Shown: positions 1-18,396 of the stretch, one piece after another | How the letters are laid out: each line of letters starts with the position of its first letter | Numbering within the stretch: the stretch's first letter is position 1 | From: the human T2T-CHM13v2.0 reference genome, Homo sapiens | Direction: 5' to 3' (one strand) | NCBI RefSeq assembly: GCF_009914755.1 | Contig: NC_060948.1 | Length of the DNA stretch: 64,000 nt | Made by a program: the position numbers and the translations under genes | Notes under the pieces: generated by a model | Told to the model about the DNA's origin: nothing | Database searches by the model: none | Seen by the model: only the letters and a program-made list of their open reading frames with translations

Positions 1-41
1 ATGAATTTTCCCCAATATCAAGGTCTAGATGAACCTTCTCA

Positions 42-212
<171 letters not shown>

Positions 213-545
213 CTAGAGAGAAAAAAATATATAGAATCAGAAATTGAGTCATATTTGTAATAAGTGATTCCTTCATTTACAACTCTAGCAAATAAAGCTG
301 TAGTTCTTTCTAAATTACACAGGTCCACTCCTCTTGTTCTTTGGATAGAGCACATATCCTGACAATTTTCGTGCCTCTGCTTATGAATGAGCATCACAGA
401 ATATGAAAGAACATGGTCTTTGGACTGTATTGATATCAATCTGGGTTTTTACTCTTATTCTCTGTGTGCTTTCAGCAAACATACTGAACTTCTCTCTTTG
501 TGCTTCAATTTCCTGGATGAAAAACAAGTAATAAAAATACTCAAT

Positions 546-729
546 CTGGGTGTGGTGGCTTAAGCCTATAATTCCAGAACTTTGGGAGGTCGAGGCAGGT
601 GGATCATGGGGTCAAGAGATCAAGACCATTCTGGCCAAATGGTGAAACCCTGTCTCGGTAAAATACAAAAGTTAGTAGAGCCTGGGTGACAGAGTGAGAC
701 TGTCTCAAAAAACAAAACAAAACAAAAAT
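546..729 (+). mobile_element. AluS with most of the right arm deleted
   Basis: Left arm jumps to GCCTGGGTGACAGAGTGAGACT plus A tail; TSD-like aaaatact(c/g)aatct. Confidence 0.9.
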
Positions 730-836
730 ACTGAATCTTTAGAATTATGTACGCTAAGTGAAACATGTTTATAAACATAAATACACAGTTTTTATAAAAT
801 ATTTTAAAGTTTTACGGATAATAAAACCTAAAAACT

Positions 837-1110
837 GGCCAGTCGTGGTGGCTCATGCCTGTAATCCCAACACTTTGGAAGGCTGAGTCAGGTAGATCAC
901 GAGGTCAAAGGATCGAGACTATCCTGGCCAACATGGTGAAACCCCATCTCTACGAAAAATACAAAAATGAGTGGGCATAGTCACGCGCCTGTAGCCCCAG
1001 CTACTCAGGAGGCTGAGGCAGGAGAATCACTTCAATCCAGGAGGTGGAGGCCGCCTGGCCAGAGTGATAAGCTGCCTCAAAAACAAAACAAACAAACAAA
1101 CAAACAAAAA
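837..1110 (+). mobile_element. AluS (Sc-like) with small right-arm deletion
   Basis: Alu consensus, (AAAC)n tail. Confidence 0.92.
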
Positions 1111-1251
1111 CAATTAACTTATTATGTAAAATTACCCTGCTAAATCAGTTTCCACACCCTGAGTTAAACCCAAGTCACACCAAGCTTTTAACCTAAACTA
1201 TCTTCAAGTGAACCAGCCTCATGAAAGCTTAGGAACACCATTATCTTTTTC

Positions 1252-1563
<312 letters not shown>

Positions 1564-1867
1564 TTAAAATAGGAAATGGTTTCCTCTAACTTCTAGTTTA
1601 AGATCTTCTCCATAAAAAGATCTTAGTAAACATCAACCTCATAAGATAGAAAGGTTACTCTAGTTCTTACTTATGTATAGCAGGAATAAAACTATGCCAC
1701 ATAAAGAGGCTGCAAAGTATTTTCTAGGGCCAATTCCTGGAACATCTTCACTCTAGAGATTTAGAATCTATAGACCCTGACTACTCAAGAGAAAAGTCCA
1801 ATCCAAAGAAAAAATACAAAAGAAAACAAAATCACATCAGGCCACAAACCAGTTTAAGGGCCCTCAC

Positions 1868-2038
1868 CACATGGTTGGCTCCAGACTGAAACATTTCATA
1901 GGGGTAAATAATGCGTTCGTAATGTGATCGTAGCAGGGAGCCAATGTTTTTGCCTGGTGGGTAGTGGAGACGCTGGGCAACTCGAGCCCACCGACGATCC
2001 TTGCAGATGGCTTCATAGCCACCTTCCTCAATCACAAT
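1868..2038 (-). CDS. KDM5D: KDM5D coding exon 4 (ARID domain, C-terminal part)
   Basis: 171 nt, [57 protein letters not shown]; acceptor ctttcag, donor GTGAGG. Confidence 0.97.
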
Positions 2039-2173
2039 CTGAAAGTATAAGAAACAATATGGATGAACTGTGAACAGACTGGAAAGGGCTACCAACACAA
2101 CAATGAGACTTGAATATGGGGGGCTGTGCCCTTCCCCCAACACCAATCATTGCAAGACTCAAAGATTACGTCA

Positions 2174-2455
<282 letters not shown>

Positions 2456-3094
2456 TCATCGAGTATGCAGTAAATGAACAAGTATTATTCTATGCTATCT
2501 ACACTTCTCCACCAACGTGCCGGAGCCCCAGCTTCACTGTCTTATCTCACCAGCGGGGTCCACAAAAAGCTCAAATAAGCTGAGTCTTTAATCTATAAAG
2601 AGCTAAGAATGTGCCGTCTTAGGATCAACATCATGTCTAAATTTAAGGAATTATTCTTGGACTTAAAGGTGGCTTGACCAAAAATATGTAGGCTCCAACA
2701 GTATTTAGACTCAATATCATCAAGACACTCATTTAGAATGTACTGATATATAATTCAAAGAATTAAAATATTTTTCTAGTTCATGTAAAAGAGCTGGACA
2801 CAAAACCAGTTTCTGAATCACTGCTTTCTTACTCTAACTCATACACAGCTTCTAGCTACTGATCATAGTCAAAATCCTAAGAGTAAAAGAAAATGACAAA
2901 TCATTCATATACTTTCTATATTGAATACTAAACTGTGAAGACTGAGTTGACTGCTTTAAAGAGCAAGTTTGCCTCTGACATTTTATTAAAGCAGAACATA
3001 TGTAATACCATCACTCTGTTGCTGGATATTTAAAAGATCCTATTTCTTGTCTGAACTCTGCTTCTGTTAAAGAACTAAAAAAAATTTAGTCACA

Positions 3095-3460
<366 letters not shown>

Positions 3461-3711
3461 CTATTGAACAGCGAAACAATGCATCATTCTTCCTCAGATA
3501 TTTAAAGCCTTTGTGTTCTACCATTTTTGTGGACATAAATTATGTATTTTATAGAAGACTTTCTCCAAAATCAGTATTCTGGAAAATGGTGGAGTTCGGG
3601 TTCAAATTCAATACATTAGATTTCAAAACTTAAGTTCTACATTATTATGAAACTACAACGGCAAGATTAAAGATCAGATTCCTTTAAAAAAAGTGTGCCT
3701 CCCAATCTTAC

Positions 3712-3789
3712 CTCCAGTTCATTTAGCCTTTGGACGCGAGGAGTAAATCTGAAATTGTCAACTTCTACTGCAAAAGGAGGCTGCCAATC
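3712..3789 (-). CDS. KDM5D: KDM5D coding exon 2
   Basis: 78 nt, [26 protein letters not shown]; acceptor ttcttctag, donor GTAAGA. Confidence 0.97.
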
Positions 3790-4925
3790 CTAGAAGAAAG
3801 TGTAAGGACCTGGTAACTATGGCACAGTAAAGGATGAAGATAGTGAAAACCACAATCATTTGTTCCCACTCTTTTAAAGTCTTCTGGTAACCATTTTTGT
3901 ACACAAGGGCCTCAAATGATTCCTTCTTCATAATCAAGATTAACTGCAAAAAAAAAAAAAAAAGGAAAAACCCTGCAAATCCAAAACTCTCCTTGATATG
4001 TGTCCTTCGTAACAGACGAAAAAAAAAAAAAAAACCTCTATAATCCCAAGGCTAGAAAGCGACTCGACTTCCAAGGAATGACGCACATCTGAACAAACAC
4101 TATGCTATTTGGGTTATGAGTCCTTACTAAAATGAAGATAAATGTAATGCAGATAAAAAATTGTTTCACTTTTTAAAACCTAAGCCATTATCTCTTCCCA
4201 CTCCCAGCAGTACGAAAAAGTTTAATTGCAAATGCTGAGAAGTGCGAACATCCACATAAAAATAACGTTGCAGCCTGGTTCAATATATGAGAAAAAAGCT
4301 GTATGCTCTGCGAAAACTTTTTGACTTCTCTGAATATTGTGTTAGTTGTTCACGACGACAGCCCAGGCTTATTTCAGTTTACATTCTTAATTCAGTCAAA
4401 CTTCTACGAGGTTCATTTAGTAGTTTTCAGTATAGCAACCCAAAATGGTCTACGTTTAATAATAAATTTAATTGATGGCAAAGGATGCCACATCACTCCC
4501 ATTATTTGCTATATTTGCTACATACATCTAAGGTCATATCAAAGAAAGAAAACACCAGTCCAAGTGGTTAACACACAAGCTTATATAACTTGCTTCTGTC
4601 ATAGATCAAGTACTTCTGAGTAAGCTATTTTTTTGCGGTTAAATGTAATAAAAGCTTGTGTATGCCTAAACTATATTTAATAACAGCAGAACGTAGAAAT
4701 ATTTGAATCTTATATTTTTGTCCCTACAGCAGTCAGATGTTTAGAACCCCGTGGAATGTGGCGATCTGATACTAATATTCTGATGCCAGCTTGTTCGGGT
4801 CAGAAAAGTTAAATGAGAAATTTGGTGCTAAGGGTTTCTGGTCATGAGTGTAAATAACGCCTCGCCAAGTGGTAAACTGCCCCAACGTTCAAACCAAAGG
4901 CTACCCATTCCCAAATTTTGTTTCA

Positions 4926-5117
<192 letters not shown>

Positions 5118-5220
5118 TCACATTGTCTTTAATGACGCGCTGGTTCCTCCTACTAAAAGGCCTATGAAAATTTCATTTTCTTGAGAATTTCAAGGTTACT
5201 TTAATCCCGTAGCTGCTTAC

Positions 5221-5430
5221 CAATCGTCAGGGATCCTAGTTTTACAGCCACCATCTTGACCTCCGGGCCCTGCAGTGTGGTACGAGCCGTCTCACTCCGC
5301 GGATCGATTTTTCCGGCGCTATTTCCAAACCTGTGAGACCTTCCGCACCTGAGATAAACGCTGAGGACGCAAGAGCGATTTTACCAGAGGAAAACAGTCA
5401 CAGAGCCGTCGCTGGACTCATATTAAACAG
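5221..5430 (-). other. KDM5D: KDM5D non-coding exon 1 (5' UTR); upstream limit (TSS) approximate
   Basis: Donor TTG|GTAAGC at 5221/5220; 117-nt intron to acceptor at 5104; lies inside the CpG-rich region. Confidence 0.8.
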
Positions 5431-6639
5431 TACTGCGACAGAACGAAAAAGCAAGATAAAAATAGTATGGCCGGATCTTTTTTAAAATGGGACCACTGCG
5501 CAAGTTACGCCTGCGTATTGCAGGGAAGGACCGTAAAAGGCTGTGGTGCTGATCAACGAAGGATTTCTCGGAGAAAATTCCTCCTTTGCGGAAATGTCCG
5601 TAGAAACGCACCTTTTTTTTTTCCTGCCAGGACAAACCGCCGGCGATATCCGTTCATGTGAAAGTGTTTACTAACATTCTCTGAAGACTCACTGGGTTCT
5701 CAGCTCGAGAACGTTCCTGTCACAAGACGTTTAGGAGGCAGGATGCCGGTACAATGTATTTATGTTCTTGTAAACTGTTGCATTAACAGTGCACTTCAAG
5801 TGGGCACATTTGTCGTTGGATTTTTTACCAACTCGAGCTTGGACTTTAGGACGGGGAAAAGAAGTGCTAAATGTTTTTGAATAAAACCTTTACTGCACAT
5901 GATAAACATCCCTTAAAAATTACCTAGGAGCACCCTAAATTTTAAAATGATCACAAAGACCTGGACAGATTACAGTAAACCTTCAACATCGCTAAACACA
6001 CGTACCATAAATCAAAAGAAACACACTGCTAATGATCCGTTTTTTGATGTGGAAATATCATGCTGTTTTTAAGGGAAATTATACTTTATTGCGATGTTTT
6101 ATTTCAAAACAAGATGTTACACTTTATTTCCTATAATTTTATTTACAATATTTTACACCCGTTAAGCAAAAATCCCCCTACATTGCTATTCTGTTTTTTT
6201 TTAATCAGTTCACTACTGTAGTATCTTTTTGTTCTCCATATATTTTTGAAAAATACGCAAAAGGTAAGTTTTAAAAATCAAATGGTAGATTTTATTTGGA
6301 AGGGCACTGCCAGAAGTGCCTTAAAGTTTGATAGTTTGACAATTGTTTCGTATTGTACGATTCTTGGCATTTCCGTTTTTTTTTTTAACAATTTATCCAT
6401 TTCATCTAGATTATCGGCTTCATGAGTTTATTATACTACATTACATATATATTCCTGTTTCAAAAGTTGTTACTTAATTTTCTGCTTTCTTTTTCCTAGT
6501 TTTATCTACATACTTTTTCTGTTTCATAAAGTTAGAGTTATAGAGTTCTATTTCATAAAATTAGTTATAGAGCCTGTATTATTTCAAATGATGAGATCTT
6601 TTTTCTCTGTTCAAGATAATTCATTATAATACAGCTTTA

Positions 6640-8105
6640 TATTTTATGAATTCATTAGTAAATAGATATTTCAATTTCTACTTTTAGCTATTATAATGTT
6701 GCTATTAGCATTTGTGTACCGGTTTTTGTGTGCATGCTTAGTGTCATTTCTCGTGTGTATACACCTACAAGTAGAATTAGTGGGTTATATGGGAACTTTA
6801 GGTTTAAACTTTTCTTTTCCAAAGCATCTTCATCATTTAATTTCCATCTAAAGTGGAATACCGTTCTAGTTTCTTCATGTCCTCACCAATACTATAATTA
6901 CATGACTTACTGATTTGACCATTACAATGTGTATGAGATCTCATAGAGTTTTGAGTTGGACTTCTTGAATTACTAATGATACAGTAGTGTTGAGCATCTT
7001 TTCGTAAGGTTGTTGGCTTGTTCATATGCTTTATATACCTTCTCTGGAGAAATGTCTATTCAAAATTTTTGGCTCTTTTCACATTGGTTTGTCTTTTTTT
7101 GTTTAGTTGTAATCTTATCTGATTCTTTTATCAAATATTTGATTTTTATAAAAAATAATTCTGTAAGCTGGCTTTTCTCTTTCCTAATAGTAAACTTTGA
7201 ACAGAAAGATTTTTAATTTGATCTTTATCCAGTTTGCTTTTTTCTATTGTCACTTGTACTTTCAGTGTTGCCTCTGAGGGGATTTTGTCTAACCCAAAAT
7301 CACAAGGATGTACTCTTCTCCTCTATTCTAGGACCTTTATAGTATTAGCTTCTACATTAAAGTCTTTGATACATTTTGAGTTAACTTGTGTAAACACTGT
7401 GAAGTAATGATCCAACTCAATATTTTTGCGTGTTGCCATCTAGTTGTCCCAGAATTTGTTGGAAACATTATTATTGCTTCATTAATTGTTCTTGGCACTC
7501 TTGATAACATTCCGTTGGCCATAAATGTATGGGTTTATTCTTGGACTCTCAATTTCGTTCCATATTTATATGTATGTATATATTCTAATGCCATATTGTT
7601 TTTATTGCTGTAGTTTGTGGAAGGTTTGAATTGGGAAAAGTGAGTAATCCCAACTTTCTTCTTGTTTTTTTCGAGACTGTTTGGCTATTATTTGTTTCTT
7701 GTATTTTTATTACCTTGCCTGTTTCTACAGAGAAACAAGCTGGGGTTTCAACAGACAAGCAAGCTGGGACTGAGACAGAAATGTTGAATCTACAGACAAA
7801 TTTAGGAAATATTTCCATCTAAGTTTCCTATACATGGACAAAGCATGTATTTCAATTTATTTAGGTCTTCTTTGGTTTCCTGCAACAAAGTTTTATAGTT
7901 TTTGGTATTTTTTGTATATTAGTATTTAGTATGTATTATATATATTTGAAATTAATTTACTTCAGATTATCTTATTCTATTTCTGCTACTATGAATCAAA
8001 TTTTTAAAAGATTTCCCCTATTAAGGGTTTGTTAGTGATACACAGAAATATGATTAATTTTTGTATGTTGATCTTGTGTTCTGGCACCTTGCTAACTTCA
8101 TTTAT
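6640..8105 (-). mobile_element. Old L1M (L1MB-like) ORF2/3' fragment
   Basis: Diverged antisense L1 motifs (ggagaaatgtctattcaaa, ttgtccc..., gggtttattcttggactctc). Confidence 0.75.
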
Positions 8106-8117
8106 TGTAATACATAT

Positions 8118-11100
8118 ATTTTTTAACTTTTAAGTTCAGAGGTTCATGTGCACTATATGATGGTTTGTTTTATAAGTAAGCCTGTGTGATAGGGTTCGTT
8201 GTACAGATTATTTCATCACCCAGGTATTAAGCCTAATATCCATTAGTTATATTTCTTGCTTCTCTCCCTCCTCCTGTGCTCCACTCACCCACTTATAAAT
8301 GAGAACATGCAGTATTTGGTTTTCGGTTCTGGCGTTTGTTTGCTAAGGATAATGGTCTCCAGCTGTGTTACTGCAAAGACATGATCTTGTCTTTTTTTAT
8401 GGCTGCATAGAAATCTATGGTGTATATTTACCACATTTTCTTTATCCAGTCTATCACTGACGAGCATTTGGGCTGATTCCATTGTCTTTGCTTTCGTGAA
8501 TAGCTGCAGTGAATGTACATATGCTGTTGTGAATACCTGCAGTGAACATACATGTGCATGTATCTTTATAACAGAATGATTTATAATCCTTTGGGATATA
8601 CCCAGTAATGGGATTGGTGGGGTTGAATGATAATTCTATCTTTAGGTCTTTGAGGAATTGCCACACTGTCTTCCATAATGCTGAACTAATTTACATTCCC
8701 ACCAGCAGTGTAAAAGCATTTCTATTTCTCCAGAACCTCACCTGAATCTGTTATTTTTTGACTTTATAATAATAGGTATTCTGACAGGTTTGGGATACTA
8801 TCTCATTGTGGTTTTGATGCGCATTTCTATAAGGATCAGTGATGTTGAGCTTTTTAAGATGTTTGTTGTCTACATGTGTATGTCTTGAGAATTGTCTGTT
8901 CATGTCCTTTGCCCACTTTTTAATGAGGTTCTTTGTTTTTTCCTTGTAAATTTGTATAAGTTCTTTGTGTATGCTAGATATTAGACCTTTGTCAGATGCA
9001 TAGTTTACAATTTTTTCCCATTCTGTACTTTGTCTATTTAATTTGTTGATGGTTTATTTGCTAGTGCAGAAGCTCTTTAGTTTAATTAGATGTCATTTGT
9101 TAATTTTTTCTTTTGTCACAATTGCTTTTGACATCTTCTTCAAGAAGTCTTTACTCCTGCCTATGTTCTGAATGGTTTTGCCTAGATTTGCTTCTAGGGT
9201 TTTTATAGTTTTGGGTTTTACATTTAAGTCTTTAATCCATCTTGAGTTAATTTTTGTATATGGAGTAATAAAAAGGTCCAGTTTCAATTTTCTCTATATG
9301 GCTAGCCAGTTTCTCACAGCACCATTTATTAAATAGAGAGTCTTTTCACCATTGCTTTTGTAAATTTTCTTGAAAATCAGATACTTGTAAGCATGTAGTC
9401 ATATTTCTGGGTTTTCCATTCTATTCCTTTGGTCTATGTGTCTGTTCTTTTATCAGTACCATGCTGTTTGGGTTACGGTACTTCTGTAGTGTAGTTTGAA
9501 GTTGGGAAGCATGATGAATTTAGTTTTGATTATGTTGCTTAAAATTGCCTTGGCTGTACAGTCTCTTTTTTGGTTTCACATGAATTTTAAAATAGATTTT
9601 TCTAGTTCTGTGAAGAATGTTAATGGTAATTTAATGGGTATAGCATTGGATCTATAAATTGCTTTGGGCAGAGTGGCCATTTAGTGATATTGATTCCGCC
9701 TATCTGTGAGCATGGAATACTTTCCATTTGTTTATGTCATCTCTTAGTTATTTGAGTAGTGATTTGTATTAATAGTTCTTCCTGTACAGGTCTTTCACTT
9801 CCCTGGTTAGCTGTACTTTAGGTGTTTTATTCTTTTTGTGGCTATGGTGAATGAGAGTTTGTTCATGACTTGGCTCTTGGCTTTACTATTGATGGTGTAT
9901 AAGAACGCTAATGATTTTTGCACATTGATTTTGTATTGTGAGATTTTGCTCAAGTTGTTTATCAGCTTAAAAAGCTTTGGGGCTGAGATGATGGATTTGT
10001 GTGCATATAGAATCATATTGGTTGCAAACAGGGATAATTTGATTTCCTCTCTTCCTATTTCAATATCTTTTATTCCTTTCTCTGGCCTGATTGCCCAGAA
10101 CTTTCAATACTATATTGGATACAAGTAGTGTCAGAGGACATCTTTGTCTTGTGCCAGTTTTCAAGGAAAATGATTCCAGCTTTTGCCTTTTCAGTATGAT
10201 GTTTGCAGTGGGTTTTTCATACATGACTTTCATTACATTATTTTGAGGTATGTTCCAGATATGGCCCCGATAAGTGGAGTAGCACTAGGATCCTTATTCT
10301 TGCACTGAATTGAATAAAATGACACGGACACACGTGAGTGGTTTTAAGGAGTGGAAACTTTAATAAGAAAGAAGCAAGGAAGAAGCAAACAGGTACCCTT
10401 ACAGATATGGAGTTGGGGAAGAGGGATTCTAACAAAGAGAAAATCCTGTGTGCAGAGAAAAGTTGCTGCTTATATGGGAAAGCTGGTGGAGGTGGTGTCT
10501 GATTTGCTTAGGGTTCAGGAGATTGGTTTGACCAGGCTTGCCATTTACATAGCCCAGAAAAAGTCTGGCCCTTCCACCCTAGCCTTTTAATATGCAAATG
10601 TAGGGCACCATGATGTTCTACACACATAGGGTATGTGGGGGTGGTCATTTTGCCAGGCACATGTAGGGGCAAGGAAGAAAAGGGCAGGAATTGTTATGTT
10701 TGGGTGGACCCAGTTTCTGATGGGCAGCATTTTCATATCATAGCTTGCTGCCCGGCTCTCTGAGCAGGGGCTATTCAGGTAGACAAGAAACATTTCTGGA
10801 GCTGCTTTCAAAGAAAAAAACTTCTGAAGGACCCCTTTCCCTCCCATCTGCTTATAGTAATTTTTTAATAAATCCTACAACATTCCTTCCGTAACTGGTT
10901 TATTGAGAGTTTTTAACATGAAGTGATATTGAATTTTATCAAAAGTCTTTTCTGCATCTATTGAGATAATCATGTAGTTTTAATCTTTAGTTCTGTTTAT
11001 GCAATGAAACACATTTATTGATTGCCATATGTTTAACCAACCTTGCATTCTGGGCCTGAACCCTACTTGATTGTGGTGGATATGTTTTTTGCCATGCTGC

Positions 11101-11348
11101 TGGATTTGGTTTCTCAGTATCTTGTTTGGGATTTTTGTATCGGTGTTCATCAAAGATACAGGCCTGAGGTGGTGGTGGTGGTGGTGGTTGTGTCTCTGCC
11201 TGATTTTGGTATCAGGGTGATGCTAACTTTGTAGAATGAGTTAGGGAAGGGATCCTTTTTTCCAGTTTTTAAAAATAGCTTCAGTAGAAATGGCACCAGC
11301 TCTTCTTGGTACCTCTGATAGAATTCAGCTATTAATCCACCTGGTCCT
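8118..11348 (-). mobile_element. Older L1PA (~PA10-13) 3' half, interrupted by an LTR
   Basis: L1 3' end at ~8120; ORF2 peptides ([27 protein letters not shown]; YKINVQKS). Confidence 0.9.
10257..10882 (-). mobile_element. Solo ERV1 LTR (MER4 group, MER84/MER61-like)
   Basis: Interrupts L1 text gtatgttcc|ttc with 4-bp TSD TTCC; ends in CA at 10882; contains ATGCAAAT. Confidence 0.75.
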
Positions 11349-11401
11349 GAGATTTTTTTCTCTCTATTTTTCTTCTCTCTATTTTTTTCTCTCTATTCTC
11401 A

Positions 11402-14660
<3,259 letters not shown>

Positions 14661-14695
14661 GACTGAATAGGAACATTTGGCCTGACCTCAAAAGA

Positions 14696-16262
14696 ATTTT
14701 TGGTTATTTCTTGTCTTCTGCTAACTTTTGGGTTCATTCACTGTCGGTTATCTAGTTCCTTTAGTTATGAAGTTAGGGTGTTAACCTGACAACCTTCTTT
14801 TTTTTTTTTTTAAAGTGGGCATTTATGCTATAAATTTCCCTGTTAATACTGCCTTTGCTGCATCCGAAAGATTCTGGCACATTGTAGGTTTGTTGTCATG
14901 AGTTTCAAATAATTTTTTGATTTCTGCCTTAATTTCATTATTTACCCAAAAGTCATGCAGAAGCAGGCCATCCAATGTCTATGCAAATTGTATGGCTTTG
15001 AGTGAATTTTTTAGTCTTGAGTTCTAATTTGATTGTGCTGTGGTCTAACAGACTGTTTATTTCCAGTTGTTTTGAATTTGCTAACGAGTGTTTTATTTCT
15101 AATTATTTTATCAATTTTAGATGAAGTGCTATGTGACAATGAGAAGAATGTATATTCTGTTGTGTTTTGATGCAGAGTTCTGCAGAACTTATCAGGTTGG
15201 ACTCTGTGAAGCCTGCAGGCCAGAATTGCTAAGGTGACAAAAAAGCAAAAAAAAAGTCAACTTCTCCTCTCTCTAGGAAGTCTGTCCCAGGAAGTTTTCA
15301 AACCTCTCTTGGCCAGAGAACATCAGTGGGAGTGATTGGAGGCCCTGGATGGGAAGTCCCGCCAAGTAAGGAGGAACACATAGGAACTTGCTTAAAGAAT
15401 AATTCTGCCCATGCTTTCATAGAGATAATGTGCTGTACTAGGGTACTGTCTGCCCCTGCATGGTTTGGACTTTGCTAAGACAACAGGCTGGAATGGCTGA
15501 GTTTTCCAAACAGCAAAGACCATGGCCCACCCCTCCCCTAGGCACTCCATCCAGGGAGAAATTAAAACTGCTGGAGAATATAGGTGGGGGTGGCTAGAGG
15601 CCCCAGTTGGGAGGCCCCTCCCCAGAGATAAGAAGCAGATTGATGTCCCACTTAAAGAAGCAGTCTAGCCACATTTTGGTAGAGCAGCTGTGGTGTGCCA
15701 GGGAGTCCCTTTCATCCCCTGGTCAGTTTTGTTTGCGCTCTCCTAAACCTGCAGGCTGGAACAGCTGAGCCATCCAAACAGCAAGGATGACAACCTTCCC
15801 TTTCTCCTAAGAACTCTGCCCCATTCAAGCTTGGCCCAACACTGTTGCCAGGGGCTGGCTGGAATTCCAAGCTGGTGAGTCTTATCCTATGAGGTGCCAT
15901 GAAAGTGGGGCCCACAGAAGGATGCTGCTCAGCTTCCTGGATTCAGCTCTCTTCCTAAGGTTATGTACAAAAATCTTATCTCTCACTTTGCCTGAGTTGC
16001 AGCTACCTTTGCTGGTGATCCTGGACCCAAAGTGTGCCAGCCTCTCCTGATACTCTGTGTGTACCTGAGCAGCTATTCTGCCAAGACTTCACACAGCTCT
16101 GTGCATGAAACCCAAGGCCTTAGTGAAGTGGGATCATGAGGGGATCTCCTAACTGGAGTGTTAAAAGATCCTTAGGAGAAACATTGAGTATTATTTCCCA
16201 GGGTGTACATTCGCTCACCACTTCCCTGTGTTAGGGGAGGTTCACTTGGCCACTTGTTACTC
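14696..16262 (-). mobile_element. 5' remainder of the older L1: ORF2 piece joined directly to a 5'UTR with two ~270-bp tandem units
   Basis: ORF2 antisense text to ~15197, then 5'UTR-type sequence; similar blocks at ~15300-15545 and ~15570-15815. Confidence 0.75.
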
Positions 16263-16269
16263 ATGTTGT

Positions 16270-17190
16270 TGTTATTGTTTAAGTATTTATTTAGATGATC
16301 CATTAGATGATCCATTAAATGCCCAAAGTGGGGTTTTGAAGTCGACAATTATTATTGTGTTGGGGTCTATCTCTCTCGTTAGCTTAATAATCTTTTCTTT
16401 GTAAATCTTGATTCTCCAGCATTGGGTGCATGTAAATTTAAAATTGTTATATCTTTTTGCTGAATTGATCCCCTTATCATCATTTAATGGCCTCATTTTT
16501 GTCTCGAAATCTATTTTACCTGATATAAGTATAGCTACTGCTCCTCTATTTTGGTTTCCGTTGGCACATATTTGTGTCCTTATAAGGTGAGGTAAATTCT
16601 CTTGTAGACAGCATGTAGTTGTCTTCCCTTTTCATTTATTCACCTACTCTACATCTTTTGGTTAAAAAATTTAGTTTATTTACATTCATTATTATAGATG
16701 AGCAGGGACTTACTACTGACGTTTATTTGTATTTTTTTATTAGTCATTTTTTTCTTCATGTCGTTTTATACAAGTGACTTTTTTTTCTGCTTCTAGGGTT
16801 TAATTTCTTTATTTTTATATATTGTGTATCAATTATAGGTTTTGTATATGTGCTTACTAGTTTGCTTACATATAACATGTTATAACCAATTATTTTAAAT
16901 AAAAACAACTATAATCAAAATTTTAAAACATAGAAAAGTAAAAATCTCTACACTTTATATTCTCCTCTGTTTTATGTCTTTTGGTTGTCTTGTCTTTGTA
17001 TATTATCTGTCTCTTAAATGATGTAATTATCAGTTTTAACATATTGCTTCTTTAGTCTTTCTACTAAAGATATGAGTGGTTTGGACAACACGATTGTAAC
17101 ATTACAGTATTTTCTACTTGTGTATTTACTAGTAACATTGAGTTTTATAACTTCAGATGACTTGTTGCTCATTTCTGTTTTTTACTTTTC
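16270..17190 (-). mobile_element. Old L1M ORF2 5' fragment
   Basis: Antisense EN motifs (DPNTIIIVDFKTPL). Confidence 0.65.
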
Positions 17191-18057
17191 AGATTTCAAA
17201 CATTTAGGTTCAAGGGATGCAGATGCAGGTTTGTTACATGGATAAACTGCAAGTTGTGTAGATTTGGTGCACAGATTATCTTGTTACCCAAATAATGAGC
17301 ACAGTATGCTGTAAGCAGTTTTCTTTGCTCAGCCTCTTCTGGCCCTCCACCCTGAAGTAGATCCTGTGTCCATTATTGTCTTATTTCCATGTGTACTCAG
17401 TTTTAAGCTTATACATGTAAGTGAGAACATGCTATTTGGTTCTCTCTTCCTGTGTTAATTTGCTTAGGATAATGCCTTCCAGCTGCATCCATGTTGCTGC
17501 AAAGGACATAATTTTATTCTTTTTTTATGCTGTCTGGTATTCCATTGTGCATATATTTATTTTTATGTATGTACTTTTTAAATTCAGCTTACTGTTAATG
17601 GACACCTGGGTTAATTTCATGTCTTTGCTAGTACAAATAGTGCAGTAATGAACATATGTGTATATGTATTTCTATCATAGAATAATTTCCATTTCTTTGA
17701 GTATATGCTGAGCAGTGGGATTGCTGGGTCAAAGTTAGTTTTGTTCTAAGTTACTTGGGAAATCGTCAAACAAATTTCCACAATGCCTAAAGTAATTTAC
17801 ATAATCAGTAGCGGTGTATAAATGTTCCTTTTTCTCCACAACCTTGCCAGTATCTGTTATTTCTTGGTATTTTAGTAATAGCCATTCTGACTTGTGTGAG
17901 ATTACCTCTCGTTGTGTTTTGATTTGTAATTCTCTAATAACTAATGATGTTGAACATTTTTATATGCTGGTTGGCTGCATGTATGTATTATTTATAGAAG
18001 TGTCTGTATATGTCCTTTGCCCATTTTTAATGGGATTGTTTTCTGTGAGTTAATTTC

Positions 18058-18396
<339 letters not shown>

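Noticed and set aside
5398-5421. Second uORF MSPATAL* on the minus strand
   Set aside because: Lies at or beyond the uncertain TSS, so it may not be in the mRNA.
15300-15815. Two ~270-bp direct repeats as a novel array
   Set aside because: Consistent with tandem units in older L1 5'UTRs; no repeat-spacer structure.
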